A stretch of DNA of 64,000 nt from a bacterium (GCA_963693055.1 OY843751.1:5248001-5312000); one strand, 5' to 3'; shown: positions 27,334 through 37,772, numbered from the stretch's first letter. Notes: generated by a model not told the origin, from the sequence alone. A program made the numbers and translations.

Positions 27334-29712
27334 TCACTCCTCTGTCCTTATCACAACCGATTTATCCTCTACTCCCTCGGCAGAGATGGTAACCGATATT
27401 CTTCCCGGAGACCTGTGAGACTGTACAATAGCCAAAGCCCTTCCCCAATAGCTGGTCCGTGTATTCGCTTTGTATGATTCATTACTGCGCAGATCTCCAT
27501 TATCAAATCCGATTAAACGTCCCGGGCCATTGATCTTGAGCGTAAGCAGCCTGTCCGCGTTGGGAACTAGACGCCCTTCCGCATCCACCAGTGAAATATT
27601 CAAATGTGCTACATCCTGTCCGTTTGCCTTTAACTCTTTACGGTCAATGCTGACAAGTATACGCTGTACCTCTCCCGCAGTTTCCAGCACATGCGAAGCA
27701 GCAATTTCGCCCTTGTTACGTGCAATGGCCTGCAGGGTACCGCTGGTATAAGGCACATACCAAACCACCGTCGAGTTTGCATAATCCGATGTCTTTTTCT
27801 CACCATACGAAAATCCGTTCAAAAGCAGTTCAACCGTTTCACAATTGGTGGGGGTTTCAACACGCAGCACCTGTCCGGTTAGCTCCGGAAAGGTCCAGTG
27901 CTCTGCCAGTTTGGGCCAACTCCAGTGTGCCTTGCCGTGATCCATATCCAATCCGTCATATTGGACGGTTATACGCACCAGCGGTTCTTCGGGCTTCCAT
28001 TGGCTTTTAAAGAACCATGCGTTGGGCTTTATATAACCGCAGGTATTGATTATACCTGTTGGCCAGCCTTTGCTGGGCCATCCGCTGCTTTCTCCCAAAT
28101 AATCGATGCCCGCCCACATGAAATATCCAAATACAAATTCATTTTCCACAGCATCGTACCAGGGATTATCAGGCACAAACGCCTTGTACTGGAATTCCCT
28201 GCCACGATAAAAAGGATAACATTCCGCACCAAACATGATCCGATTGGGATACTCGGCTTTATGCTTTTTGTACCAGGGCTCCATATAATTGTAGCCCACC
28301 ACATCCATAGCCTCAGCAAATCCACTGGGATTCATATCCTCGGCACGGCTGGGCTGTACAACGCAGGTCACCAAGCGGGAAGGTTCATATTTGTGCACAA
28401 AGTCCACCAGCATTTTCAACCTCTTGACACCTTCCGGCTTGGAGGCCTCGCTCACTTCATTGCCCACACTCCAAAGCACGATGGACGGATGGTTCCGGTC
28501 GCGTTTCAACATGGATTCCACATCCGCCTGCCACCAATCATCAAAATATGCTTCATAATACATGGACTTCCACTTGTCGAATGCTTCATCAATTACGATA
28601 AATCCCATTCGGTCGCACATGTCCAAAATCTCTGGTGCAGGAGGATTATGACTCATGCGGATAGCGTTGCAGCCCAGGGATTTGACCTTTTCGAGACGAC
28701 GTTCCCACACCCGGTCCGGTACAGCGGTACCTACGCATCCGGCATCCTGATGCAGGTTCATCCCCTTTAACAATATATTCTCACCATTAATAAAGAAACC
28801 CTTTTGCGCGTCAAAACGGATATCTCGCACACCAAAAGTTGTAATATACGTATCTACTAGATCCTCATCCTTGTACACGTTGCTCTCTGCGGTATACAAC
28901 TCGGGTGAATCTGTAGACCATAAACGGGGATTTTGAATTGTTAGCTGCTGATCAAATGTGTGCGAACCACCGGAAACCAGATTAACAACATGAGAGACCT
29001 TTGCGGATACTTTGCCCTGACTATCTTTAATTATTGTCTCTAAACGGCAATCACGTGCGGTAATATTCTTGTTAATCACAGTAGTATGGATATCCACTTG
29101 TGCGGATTCGTTAGAAATTTTATCCGTTGTAATATAGGTTCCCCAGGGTTCTACATGCATGGGTGAAGTGATGATCAATTTCACATGCCGGTAAATGCCT
29201 GAGCCGGAATACCATCTGGATGAAGGTGCGTTCGAATGATCTACACGAACAGCTATTACATTTTTACCCTTTTTGAGATGCGGTGTAAGATCGTACAAAA
29301 AGCTGACATATCCATAAGGGCGGAAACCTAATCGTTTTCCATTTATATAAACATCACTTTGATGATACACACCATCAAACTGGATGTAAACCTGCTTGTC
29401 CTGAATATACTTTAACTCGAAATATTTGCGATACCAGCCAATACCACCGGGCAGCCAGGCGTTTCGCTGCCCGTTTTGTAAATTCTCATCAAATTCCTGT
29501 TCAATACTCCAATCATGGGGTAAATTGAGTTGGCGCCATTCTGTATCTTTGAATTTTTCTTTAGACGCACCGGAAATATCACCCAGGTTAAACTTCCAGT
29601 CAAAATCAAAATTAATGACCTGTCTCCTTGCAGGCAAAGCAAAAAGCTCTATAGTATTTAATAAAAGAAAAAAAAGAATAATCAAATGTGGGAATATTTT
29701 TCTCAAAGCCAT
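27334..29712 (-). CDS. Glycoside hydrolase family 2 (beta-galactosidase-like)
   Basis: LPHDWSIE, GWYRK, RWYSGSGIYR, NAIRMSHNP, RDRNHPSIVLWSVGNE, DYLGE; signal peptide. Confidence 0.93.
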   Translation of the reverse strand: MALRKIFPHLIILFFLLLNTIELFALPARRQVINFDFDWKFNLGDISGASKEKFKDTEWRQLNLPHDWSIEQEFDENLQNGQRNAWLPGGIGWYRKYFELKYIQDKQVYIQFDGVYHQSDVYINGKRLGFRPYGYVSFLYDLTPHLKKGKNVIAVRVDHSNAPSSRWYSGSGIYRHVKLIITSPMHVEPWGTYITTDKISNESAQVDIHTTVINKNITARDCRLETIIKDSQGKVSAKVSHVVNLVSGGSHTFDQQLTIQNPRLWSTDSPELYTAESNVYKDEDLVDTYITTFGVRDIRFDAQKGFFINGENILLKGMNLHQDAGCVGTAVPDRVWERRLEKVKSLGCNAIRMSHNPPAPEILDMCDRMGFIVIDEAFDKWKSMYYEAYFDDWWQADVESMLKRDRNHPSIVLWSVGNEVSEASKPEGVKRLKMLVDFVHKYEPSRLVTCVVQPSRAEDMNPSGFAEAMDVVGYNYMEPWYKKHKAEYPNRIMFGAECYPFYRGREFQYKAFVPDNPWYDAVENEFVFGYFMWAGIDYLGESSGWPSKGWPTGIINTCGYIKPNAWFFKSQWKPEEPLVRITVQYDGLDMDHGKAHWSWPKLAEHWTFPELTGQVLRVETPTNCETVELLLNGFSYGEKKTSDYANSTVVWYVPYTSGTLQAIARNKGEIAASHVLETAGEVQRILVSIDRKELKANGQDVAHLNISLVDAEGRLVPNADRLLTLKINGPGRLIGFDNGDLRSNESYKANTRTSYWGRALAIVQSHRSPGRISVTISAEGVEDKSVVIRTEE

Positions 29713-29789
29713 GATTCACTCCCATAATAATATTGTACAATATTATGATATATACAACGATCCAGCATGAATGCATAGGTTTAAAACAA

Positions 29790-29815
29790 AAATGTCCCGA
29801 AATTTCGGGACATTT
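29790..29815 (-). terminator. Terminator-like hairpin
   Basis: AAATGTCCCGAA/TTCGGGACATTT palindrome directly after the binding-protein stop codon. Confidence 0.65.
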
Positions 29816-29820
29816 AAAAT

Positions 29821-30768
29821 TTATTTTACAGGATTAATCAGCTTTTGTATCTCAGGCGAATGCAGATTCTCCCGTGTTACCACATACACACCGGTGTCGA
29901 TGCGTTTTTCAACCTCTTTGCCGTTTATAAGATCCAATGCAGTTTTAACACCCATATAACCCATTTTATAAGGATCCTGAACGATCAAAGCATCTACTAC
30001 ACCTTCTTCCAGTACCTGCACTTCATTCGGTGCAGCATCAAAACCAACGATCTTGATCTTTCCGGCCAATCCGCGGCTTTTCAATGCCTGAGCAGAGCCA
30101 ATTGTAGCAGATTCATTTGCTGCAAAAATACCGGCCAAATTTTGATGTGCGGTTACAATATCTTCGGTAATTGCCATGGCGCGGTCAACTTCGGCATGAG
30201 AGTACTGTTTGGCAACCAGTTTCATTTCCGGATGTTTTGCCAGTCCTTGATCAAATCCTTTTTCACGCATAATCGTTGTAGATGAACCGGGAATAATGGG
30301 TAGAATCGCAACTTCACCCTTGCCGCCAATCAGCTCAAACAACACATCTGCTGCTTTTTCAGATGCGGCTACATTGTCTGTTGCAATAAAAGACTTTCTC
30401 ACATCAGAATTGAGATCAGAATCAATAGTAACCACTGGAATACCCGCGGCATCGGCACGTTCAACAACAGGCACCAAAGCGGTAGCATCACAAGCAGCCA
30501 GAACAATGGCATCTACACGTTTGTTGATATTATCTTCAACAATGCTGATTTGCTCTGCTATGTTAATCTCCAGTGACGGGCCTTTCCATACAATATCTAC
30601 ATCAAAATCTTTGCCCGCCTGCATTGCACCTTCACGCACAGACGTCCAGAAAGACAACACCAATCCCTTTGGAGACACCAAAATCTTGGGTTTATTAGAC
30701 TGTTCTCTGGGAGCGCAAAAGGTTAAAAATAAAAGGGGCAATAAAATTGCAATAAGCGTTTTTTTCAT
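29821..30768 (-). CDS. Sugar ABC transporter substrate-binding protein (RbsB-like, probable lipoprotein)
   Basis: FW..V..GA, GIPVVTIDS, IATDN, VGFD, QDPYKMGY. Confidence 0.9.
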   Translation of the reverse strand: MKKTLIAILLPLLFLTFCAPREQSNKPKILVSPKGLVLSFWTSVREGAMQAGKDFDVDIVWKGPSLEINIAEQISIVEDNINKRVDAIVLAACDATALVPVVERADAAGIPVVTIDSDLNSDVRKSFIATDNVAASEKAADVLFELIGGKGEVAILPIIPGSSTTIMREKGFDQGLAKHPEMKLVAKQYSHAEVDRAMAITEDIVTAHQNLAGIFAANESATIGSAQALKSRGLAGKIKIVGFDAAPNEVQVLEEGVVDALIVQDPYKMGYMGVKTALDLINGKEVEKRIDTGVYVVTRENLHSPEIQKLINPVK

Positions 30769-30810
30769 ATTAGATCCTCTAGATCATACATTCTATAAAA
30801 TATAGACAAC

Positions 30811-31776
30811 TTAGGCAAGCTGTCTGTGTTTACGAATTTGATCATTAAACACGGCAATAATAATAATGGTACCAATAGCAATCTGCTGCCAAAAAGCAGA
30901 AATGTCCAACAGGTTACAACCATTTCTCAACGTACCAATAATCAGGGCGCCTATAATAGCCCCCATAATGGTACCTTCTCCACCGCTCAGACTGGCACCG
31001 CCAATCACACAAGCAGCAATCACATCCAACTCGTATCCGGTTGCGGCAGTTGGCTGTCCCGTATTCAATCGGGATGCCATTACAATTCCCGCAATACCGC
31101 AAAGCACACCATTTATAACATACAAGGCAAACAATTTAAATCCCACACCTACTCCGGACAAGCGTGCAGCTTCGGCATTGGCACCAATAGCAAATATATG
31201 TCGTCCAAAAACGGTACGGGTAAGAATAACATGAAAAATTACAGCAAGAATTACAACAAAGATAACCGGTACGGGAATGACGTCCAAAACACGTCCGCTT
31301 CCAAATACACCAAAAGCTTCAGGAATACCGAAAACGGCAACACCACCAGTAATCAACAATGCCGCGCCACGCGCAATACCCATCATGCCCAGCGTTGCTA
31401 TAAACGGTGGAATATGGCCCCAAGCAATCAAGGCACCTGAAATTGCACCGCAAGCGCCACCAATCAACAATCCCAATATGACAGCCAGCCAGATAGGCAT
31501 ACCGGCAGCCAGTAACATGGTGGCACCTACACCAGCGAGGGCAAGTATAGAGCCGACAGAAAGATCAATTCCCGCAGAAATGATCACCAACATCTGACCA
31601 ATAGCCATGATGGCTATAACAGCCATTTGCAGACCTATAGCAAATAAATTGTCAACTGTTAAAAAATACGGAGAGGCAATACTGAGTATTCCCGCCATTA
31701 CAATCAGGCTCATAAAGGGTGCAAACCTGCGCAGTAAATAAAAAATTGGAGTCGCTCTACTCAAAACCAGATCCAT
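30811..31776 (-). CDS. Sugar ABC transporter permease (RbsC-like)
   Basis: GIDLSVGS, IPPFIATLG, GRHIFAIGAN.EAARLSG, YELDVIAACVIGGASL.GG.G; ATG 31776 chosen as start. Confidence 0.9.
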   Translation of the reverse strand: MDLVLSRATPIFYLLRRFAPFMSLIVMAGILSIASPYFLTVDNLFAIGLQMAVIAIMAIGQMLVIISAGIDLSVGSILALAGVGATMLLAAGMPIWLAVILGLLIGGACGAISGALIAWGHIPPFIATLGMMGIARGAALLITGGVAVFGIPEAFGVFGSGRVLDVIPVPVIFVVILAVIFHVILTRTVFGRHIFAIGANAEAARLSGVGVGFKLFALYVINGVLCGIAGIVMASRLNTGQPTAATGYELDVIAACVIGGASLSGGEGTIMGAIIGALIIGTLRNGCNLLDISAFWQQIAIGTIIIIAVFNDQIRKHRQLA

Positions 31777-32046
31777 TCTCTTTTCTTTATCAAATTCAAT
31801 AAAGATAAGAGTTTTGCCATTATTAGTCAAATCTTTTTTACAGTGTTCAAAACAAAGAAATAAAATACACTAACAGAAGCATTACAAAAAACAACAATTC
31901 TATTGATTTAGTTAAATTATTTTTGTATAATTGTTTCAATTATTCGTTATACGAATATAAATTCCATTGAACAATTGAAACCTGGTACGTACAAAATACT
32001 TGATCAGTTTTCAGCTAGATAGTAATGAAAATCTGGAGTATAGATT

Positions 32047-32382
32047 ATGCAAACCGTGTACATGGCCAAAGACGCAAAACGATTACTTGATCAGGGTGAA
32101 GAGATCATTTTACCCGTTGCGGCTACCCCAATTATTAAAGACTGGTTTTTAAAACAGGCCGGTTACGTAGATAGTGCAAAATCTGTCACACTCACTTCAA
32201 CTAACGGCGTTGCCTGTGCGGCCATGACCAATACGGATGATTTGATTGAATATGCTTTAAAAAAAGGCTTGACGGCCAGACTGCACAAAGCTAAATTAAA
32301 ATCTTCCAAAGATGAAAAGTATAACAAAGAGGCTTATATCCATAAAGATGTTTACTATATAAAAATTACAAAGCCGGTCTAA
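32047..32382 (+). CDS. Hypothetical protein
   Basis: 111-aa ORF with GGAG RBS and a terminator at its end; no family recognised. Confidence 0.7.
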   Translation: MQTVYMAKDAKRLLDQGEEIILPVAATPIIKDWFLKQAGYVDSAKSVTLTSTNGVACAAMTNTDDLIEYALKKGLTARLHKAKLKSSKDEKYNKEAYIHKDVYYIKITKPV

Positions 32383-32395
32383 ACCGGCTTTTTTT
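32370..32395 (+). terminator. Intrinsic terminator between convergent genes
   Basis: AAAGCCGGT-cta-AACCGGCTTT plus T tract. Confidence 0.8.
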
Positions 32396-33422
32396 ATATA
32401 CGCTGTCTTTTAACAGAAATAATTAACATTGTGCCCAAAAGCAGAACAAATAAAAGCGTTCCAACAATCACTCCCCGATTCACAACACGCGACTCTACCC
32501 ACATTTGATAATCACTGAAAAATAACACACTATTATCCACATCCCAGGTCAACTTGCTGCCTTCTATGGTTTTGGCATTGGTATCGATAATCAGACCCGG
32601 CATCACCACGATCTGGTTAAAATCCGTCAACTGTACTGCGGCCAACCATTCCAGCTCTCTCATCAATCCGGCAATAATATGATCCAGTTCATTCCTGATT
32701 TGATAAACAACTCTTGTACCCAATGTTTCACTCAGGATTACCATATCCTTGTCTGTAAGTGTAGTTTGCTCGTCATCCAGAGAGATCAGTTCATCTTTAT
32801 AAAATACCTGATAGAGCGCTTCTTTTTTGCTTTCCAGTAATCCCGGTGAAAAATCTGGATCCCCCAAATCCTCAACCACTTGCCTGAGCTGCCGATAAAA
32901 GGACTCGAAAAAGTTGCTGGTGATCCATTCATCAAATTTATCATCCAGTTTCTTGTCTGTTTTTGTACTATCAGATGAATTGCTCAACAGTTTAATCTCT
33001 TCCGGAGTAAAATATTCTTCCTTTGTTATTAAAAAACGGGACGAAATGTTATTGTAATCCTCAGAATAACGGTAATAGGTATAAAACCAGCGAAACCGTT
33101 TTTCCAACTTTGGCATTATAGATATTTTACTGCCGTTTCCTGCTGATTTCTCAAGATCATGGGCCAATGCCTCAATCGATTTAAAATGACGGCTTGCATT
33201 ATACATTACATGATTGTTTTCACTTTTGGTATACTGTATATCCCATCCCGCTGATACTGGTAACGGATACGGGCTTTTCTCAACATCCGATGAATCCAGC
33301 ACAACCGAGCGGGTGCACGAGCCGTCTTTGTGGACTTTGGTGGTGGTCTCCACTTCGTCACATCCCGTAAAGAATATGATAACGGATAAGAAAATAAAAC
33401 TGATACCAAACATCTTTTTCAT
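32394..33422 (-). CDS. Putative lipoprotein with C-terminal membrane anchor
   Basis: FTGC lipobox; ..V..DGS N-terminus; MPG.I..TNA...G..L.W; C-terminal TM plus basic tail. Confidence 0.7.
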   Translation of the reverse strand: MKKMFGISFIFLSVIIFFTGCDEVETTTKVHKDGSCTRSVVLDSSDVEKSPYPLPVSAGWDIQYTKSENNHVMYNASRHFKSIEALAHDLEKSAGNGSKISIMPKLEKRFRWFYTYYRYSEDYNNISSRFLITKEEYFTPEEIKLLSNSSDSTKTDKKLDDKFDEWITSNFFESFYRQLRQVVEDLGDPDFSPGLLESKKEALYQVFYKDELISLDDEQTTLTDKDMVILSETLGTRVVYQIRNELDHIIAGLMRELEWLAAVQLTDFNQIVVMPGLIIDTNAKTIEGSKLTWDVDNSVLFFSDYQMWVESRVVNRGVIVGTLLFVLLLGTMLIISVKRQRI

Positions 33423-33438
33423 AGGGTTCTCCTGTTCC

Positions 33439-34170
33439 TTACAATGATCGTATACGGGTAAGGATATCCTTGTGTTTTCGCAACACCTGGTCCAACTCGG
33501 ACAATGACAGACTGTCTTTTGCCATCAGAGCATAGAGATCAGGATATTGCTTTTCCAAAAACTGCAGTAGAATTTCATTTTGGAGACGGGTTTGCATATA
33601 ATTCTGCATCCACAACTCCATTGTGCTTTTATCGATAACAATATATTGTTCATTCGTGTTGGTCTGCTGCCCGAATGCAGCCAGCAGTTCCGGTTTGTTC
33701 ACTAAAAGATCAAGCGCCTGACTATCAACAAGACGATTACGGGCCGTTGCATTCAAGGCCATTCGTTTTTCCAGACTAGATATGCGCAGCATTACCGAGG
33801 TTTCCTGAAACACCAGTGTCAAACAAAAGAGGATCATTATAGCCAGAGATACCGCCTGTATCCCGGGTTTAGCAAATACATCAAGAATACGGCCCCCAAA
33901 GGTGCCAGAAAGATAATCCGAATCCTTTTCTGTCATTCGTATTGTGTTAATCACACTTGCGGTTATATCCGTGTCATTTACATCCATATCCGCTTTTTTT
34001 ATCAATTCCAACACGTCTTGATGCATGAAACCAAGCTGTTGAGAAATATCGGTACATTTTGCACAGGTCAACAGGTGTTCAGCCAATTGCTGTGCCTGTG
34101 AATGTTTTAATTCCCCTTCACGGTAGAGATAGAGCCATTTTTCATATTTTTTACAATTACGCTTCATCAT
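33439..34170 (-). CDS. Zinc-finger anti-sigma factor
   Basis: HLLTCAKC (HxxxCxxC) plus one TM; overlaps the ECF gene. Confidence 0.8.
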   Translation of the reverse strand: MMKRNCKKYEKWLYLYREGELKHSQAQQLAEHLLTCAKCTDISQQLGFMHQDVLELIKKADMDVNDTDITASVINTIRMTEKDSDYLSGTFGGRILDVFAKPGIQAVSLAIMILFCLTLVFQETSVMLRISSLEKRMALNATARNRLVDSQALDLLVNKPELLAAFGQQTNTNEQYIVIDKSTMELWMQNYMQTRLQNEILLQFLEKQYPDLYALMAKDSLSLSELDQVLRKHKDILTRIRSL

Positions 34171-34708
34171 GTACACCTATTGCAGTTAAACGCTCCCGAA
34201 TCGTCTTCCGGGCATAATACAAATTACTTTTCACCGTACCATTGCGCATATTCAACAGCTTTGCTATCTCGGCAATATCGAGATCATCCAGATCTCGCAT
34301 GAGGAAAACCATTCGCTGTTTTGCCGGCAGTGTCTGTACGATTTGTTGAATGAATTTAAGCTTGTCCCGATTTTCTACATCTTTTTCAAGATCATTATTC
34401 GATATCTCGTTTAAAGAATCATCTATAGTTACATCCACCTTTTGTCTGCGCAATCGATCATAGCAAAGATTAATGACAATCCGGTAGAGCCAGGTGCTGA
34501 ACTTCATTTCCAGCTTGAATCGGTGCAAATGTTTCCATACCCGAATGAATGCTTCCTGCACAACATCCTGAGCGGACTCGTGGTCCATTACATAGCGATT
34601 GGCGGTACGCATGGCAAATTCCTGGTGCATATTTACCAGTTTTGCAAAAGCCTGCATATCTCCTTTGCGGGCCAAAAGGATGTATTGACTGCACTCGTCC
34701 AAATTCAA
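34157..34708 (-). CDS. ECF RNA polymerase sigma factor
   Basis: AQDVVQEAFIRVW, FSTWLYRI..N, EIA......GTVKS.L..AR. Confidence 0.93.
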   Translation of the reverse strand: MNLDECSQYILLARKGDMQAFAKLVNMHQEFAMRTANRYVMDHESAQDVVQEAFIRVWKHLHRFKLEMKFSTWLYRIVINLCYDRLRRQKVDVTIDDSLNEISNNDLEKDVENRDKLKFIQQIVQTLPAKQRMVFLMRDLDDLDIAEIAKLLNMRNGTVKSNLYYARKTIRERLTAIGVHDEA

Positions 34709-34935
34709 TCCGGTTTATGTATTCATTTCTCTCTGTATATGATACGCTTGAATTGAGAAAAAGTCAAAAATAAAATCCCTTAATAAAAAATATCCAATCA
34801 TCTATCCTGCGTATTCCACATAAAATTATGAATTGTTCATGTTAAACACTTTGCATTCTTCAAAATCTTGACTATTTTATTCCATGATATTTTCTTAAAA
34901 ATCGCCTGCATCCTGCATTTGAAAGGGCCCCTCTT

Positions 34936-37092
34936 ATGCGTTCAACTGTAATATTTTTGCTTTTATTATTTTTAGCAACCCTGTTACTGGCCCAGGGACC
35001 GGATTATAAACTTCCCATCAAAGTCGGGGAATTCCAGCAGCAGGTACACCGACCGTTTACGACAGAACAGGGACTGCCGCACAATCACGTATCCCAAATT
35101 TCAAAAGATATGCAGGGACGAAGCCTCGCCAAAACAAAAGCGGGTTGGGCTGTTTTCGAAAATAATACCTGGAAATCGCTGTCTGAGGAGGAGGTAAACC
35201 TCCCCAGGCAAACCCAATTAAATCCCAAACAGTTAAGAACTCTGCAAAAGCAGGTAGGTATTGAATTACAAATCCGGGATGTGGCCCAAAATAAAAATGA
35301 ATTTGCAGTTGCAACAGATGCAGGACTCTATATCGGTAATAGCAATAGCTGGGAAATGGCACTAACGCGCCAAAATGATATTCGCTGGGCACCGGTTGAT
35401 GTACGTGCCGTAGTCTTTGACGCAAAAGACGAGCTCTGGTTTGCCGCACACCAGGGCGTGGGCCACAGAATCTCAAAAGACGAATGGCAGCTATTCACCG
35501 GTCAGGAGGGTCTGCCCTATAACGACTTTACCTGCATAGCGGCAGGACCGAAATGCGTGTGGTTTGGGACGACCAACGGCGCAATCCGCTATCAAGACGG
35601 AGAATGGACGTTCAGACAGGGTCGCCGCTGGCTGCTTGACAATCATGTACTTGACTTGACAATTGATGCCAACGGCGATGCCTGGATCGCAACATCTCAG
35701 GGAGTATCGTGCATTGCCAATACTCCCATGACTCTGGCACAAAAAGCCGTTTTTTTTGAAAGCGAGCTGGAAAAATATCACCGTCGTACACGGTTTGGAT
35801 ATATTAATCCTGCCAGGTTGACCGTTCCCGGTGATAAGAGTACGGCAACCCCAAAATATACGGACAATGACGGCCACTGGATTGGTACGTATCTGGCAGC
35901 CGTGAGTCTGGCATATGCGGTTACGAACGATCCGCAATACAAAGCACACGCGCACAAAGCTTTCAAGGCCCTCACTTTCCTCAGTGAGGTGACCCAGGGC
36001 GGCAGCCACCAACCACCGGAAGGTTTTTTTGCCAGGGTGATCATGCCCACATCGGGACCAGACCCGAATCCTGATTTTGACCTGAATTATGATATCCGCC
36101 GTCACAAGGCTGATACCTTGTGGAAAATCATCCAGCCGCGCTGGCCCATCGATAAAACCGGAGAATGGTATTGGAAAAATGACAGCAGCGCCGATGAACT
36201 GGATGGCCACTTTCTGGGCTATGGCGCCTATTTTGATCATGTCTGTGAAACCGAGGCGGAAAAAGATGCCGTGCGAAAAGCGGTCAGACGTACCTCCGAC
36301 CATATTTTAAATAATGGCTATAATCTGGTGGATTATGACGGTACCCCAACCCGATGGGGACGTTTTTCTCCCGATGATATGAACCGGAATTCCGCATGGG
36401 TGGTTGAACGCGGATTGCGCTGCAACAGTGTGTTAAACTATTTGCTGGTCACCTGGCATATTACCGGTGATGACAAATACCGCAAGGAATATCTCAAGCT
36501 GGCACTGGACGAAGGATATGCCATAAACGGCATGACGCAGCCACGAGACATTGTGGGTGCGGGCACGGAAGGATCGCATGACGACAAGATGGCGTTTATG
36601 AATTACTATCACCTGCTGCGGTATGAAACCGATCCCAAACTCCTCAACATGTACCAGTGGGCCATTCATCGCCATTGGGAGGTTGAACAGTATGAAAAAT
36701 CTCCCTGGGCTAATTTTATCTATGCCGCCTGTTGTATGGGTAAAAAACGTACGGACCAATGGCGCACCACAGATCTCACCCCGCCGGAATCGAGTTTGCG
36801 GGATGCCATCGATACGCTGAAACGCTATCCTCTTGATCTGCTCAACTGGCCCATGTCCAATGCTCACCGTATTGATATGGTACCGCTAAAACCGCATCTG
36901 GGACACGATCCCGGTACTGCCGGCTATCGCGTGGACGGCTATGTCTTTCCCATTGACGAAAGACATGTCATTCGCTGGGGATACGATCCCTACAAACTCA
37001 CAGGCAATGGCGACGGTAAATCCCTGCAAGAAGGTATACACTATTTATTTGCGTATTATGTAGGATTGGCGCATGGATTGATTCAGGAATAA
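34936..37092 (+). CDS. Secreted protein with Reg_prop-like propeller repeats and a helical, possibly glycosidase-like (alpha/alpha)-barrel domain
   Basis: Signal peptide; GLP.N...I......W.gT..G repeats; C-terminal DNDG.W...YLAA and SADE motifs; family not confidently named. Confidence 0.65.
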   Translation: MRSTVIFLLLLFLATLLLAQGPDYKLPIKVGEFQQQVHRPFTTEQGLPHNHVSQISKDMQGRSLAKTKAGWAVFENNTWKSLSEEEVNLPRQTQLNPKQLRTLQKQVGIELQIRDVAQNKNEFAVATDAGLYIGNSNSWEMALTRQNDIRWAPVDVRAVVFDAKDELWFAAHQGVGHRISKDEWQLFTGQEGLPYNDFTCIAAGPKCVWFGTTNGAIRYQDGEWTFRQGRRWLLDNHVLDLTIDANGDAWIATSQGVSCIANTPMTLAQKAVFFESELEKYHRRTRFGYINPARLTVPGDKSTATPKYTDNDGHWIGTYLAAVSLAYAVTNDPQYKAHAHKAFKALTFLSEVTQGGSHQPPEGFFARVIMPTSGPDPNPDFDLNYDIRRHKADTLWKIIQPRWPIDKTGEWYWKNDSSADELDGHFLGYGAYFDHVCETEAEKDAVRKAVRRTSDHILNNGYNLVDYDGTPTRWGRFSPDDMNRNSAWVVERGLRCNSVLNYLLVTWHITGDDKYRKEYLKLALDEGYAINGMTQPRDIVGAGTEGSHDDKMAFMNYYHLLRYETDPKLLNMYQWAIHRHWEVEQYEKSPWANFIYAACCMGKKRTDQWRTTDLTPPESSLRDAIDTLKRYPLDLLNWPMSNAHRIDMVPLKPHLGHDPGTAGYRVDGYVFPIDERHVIRWGYDPYKLTGNGDGKSLQEGIHYLFAYYVGLAHGLIQE

Positions 37093-37102
37093 CAATCGTT
37101 TA

Positions 37103-37129
37103 CTCCCGCCCAATGTTATTGGGTGGGAG
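37103..37129 (+). terminator. Hairpin after stop codon
   Basis: CTCCCGCCCAAT-gtt-ATTGGGTGGGAG; weak U tract. Confidence 0.5.
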
Positions 37130-37268
37130 AGTTGATAAATAGCTTTGGCTTTGCATTTTTAATTGCATGGGCTGGGGCCTTGGATCAATGGATAAAAGAA
37201 TTCAACCACGAAATCAAAAAGAATACAAAGTGAGATAAAACCAGGAATTATTAAATAGTAAGAAATCA

Positions 37269-37414
37269 CCCCGTTAGGGATGTAATATTTGTAGACATGT
37301 GATGCCCCTTCCTACGCGTCCCGTAGGGACGCAATATCTGATATTTATCCCGTCCCTACGGGACGGTAATTCATACGATCGGTCTTTCTACAGATATCCT
37401 GTCCCTGACGGGAC
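37269..37414. repeat. BIME/REPIN-like nested palindromic element
   Basis: Outer arms CCCGTTAGGGATGTAATATTTGTAGA / TCTACAGATATCCTGTCCCTGACGGG; inner arms CGTCCCGTAGGGACG (37317) / CGTCCCTACGGGACG (37351). Confidence 0.8.
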
Positions 37415-37629
37415 AAACAAGTCCTAACATGATTTATGTTTTCTTTCCTTTTTTTTATTCTGAATATGTATCTGTTGTTCGCAAAGTTAGAATGGATACA
37501 AAGTCTTGCTTTCCTCTGTATGCAAAGTTTATCCGCCCACTGGCGGATGACTCTGTGTTTCATCAAAATCTTTTCATGCTATAGTGTTAAAATTAACCAT
37601 AACTCAACACACAATTTCACGAATAAAAA

Positions 37630-37682
37630 CATGCCCGTCTGCAACAGGCAAACGAAATGGATTTCGTTCTACAAATGTGCTT
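37630..37682. repeat. 53-bp two-hairpin dispersed repeat, copy 1
   Basis: 42/53 identical by manual alignment to the reverse complement of 46151-46203. Confidence 0.8.
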
Positions 37683-37687
37683 ATTGT

Positions 37688-37737
37688 CGGCCCTTCGATA
37701 CATCCCGATCCACCAGCTGGCAGACACCCAAGGACCG
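37688..37737. repeat. Degenerate inverted copy of the 27149-27209 element
   Basis: CGGCCCTTCGATAC...TCCACCAG...GGACCG. Confidence 0.6.
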
Positions 37738-37742
37738 AATGC

Positions 37743-37772
37743 CTGACTACTGAAAACTGATAACTGATAACT
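37743..37772 (-). repeat. Heptamer tandem repeat (AGTNNTC)n, minus strand
   Basis: Minus strand reads agttatc agttatc agttttc agtagtc ag. Confidence 0.8.

Noticed and set aside
27898-28770. Long antisense ORFs (290 aa here, also 35491-36303 and 2927-3538)
   Set aside because: Shadow ORFs opposite well-supported genes, with no motifs.
37345-37753. 73-aa and 105-aa ORFs in the repeat patchwork
   Set aside because: They are translations of palindromic and low-complexity repeats with no RBS or family motifs.
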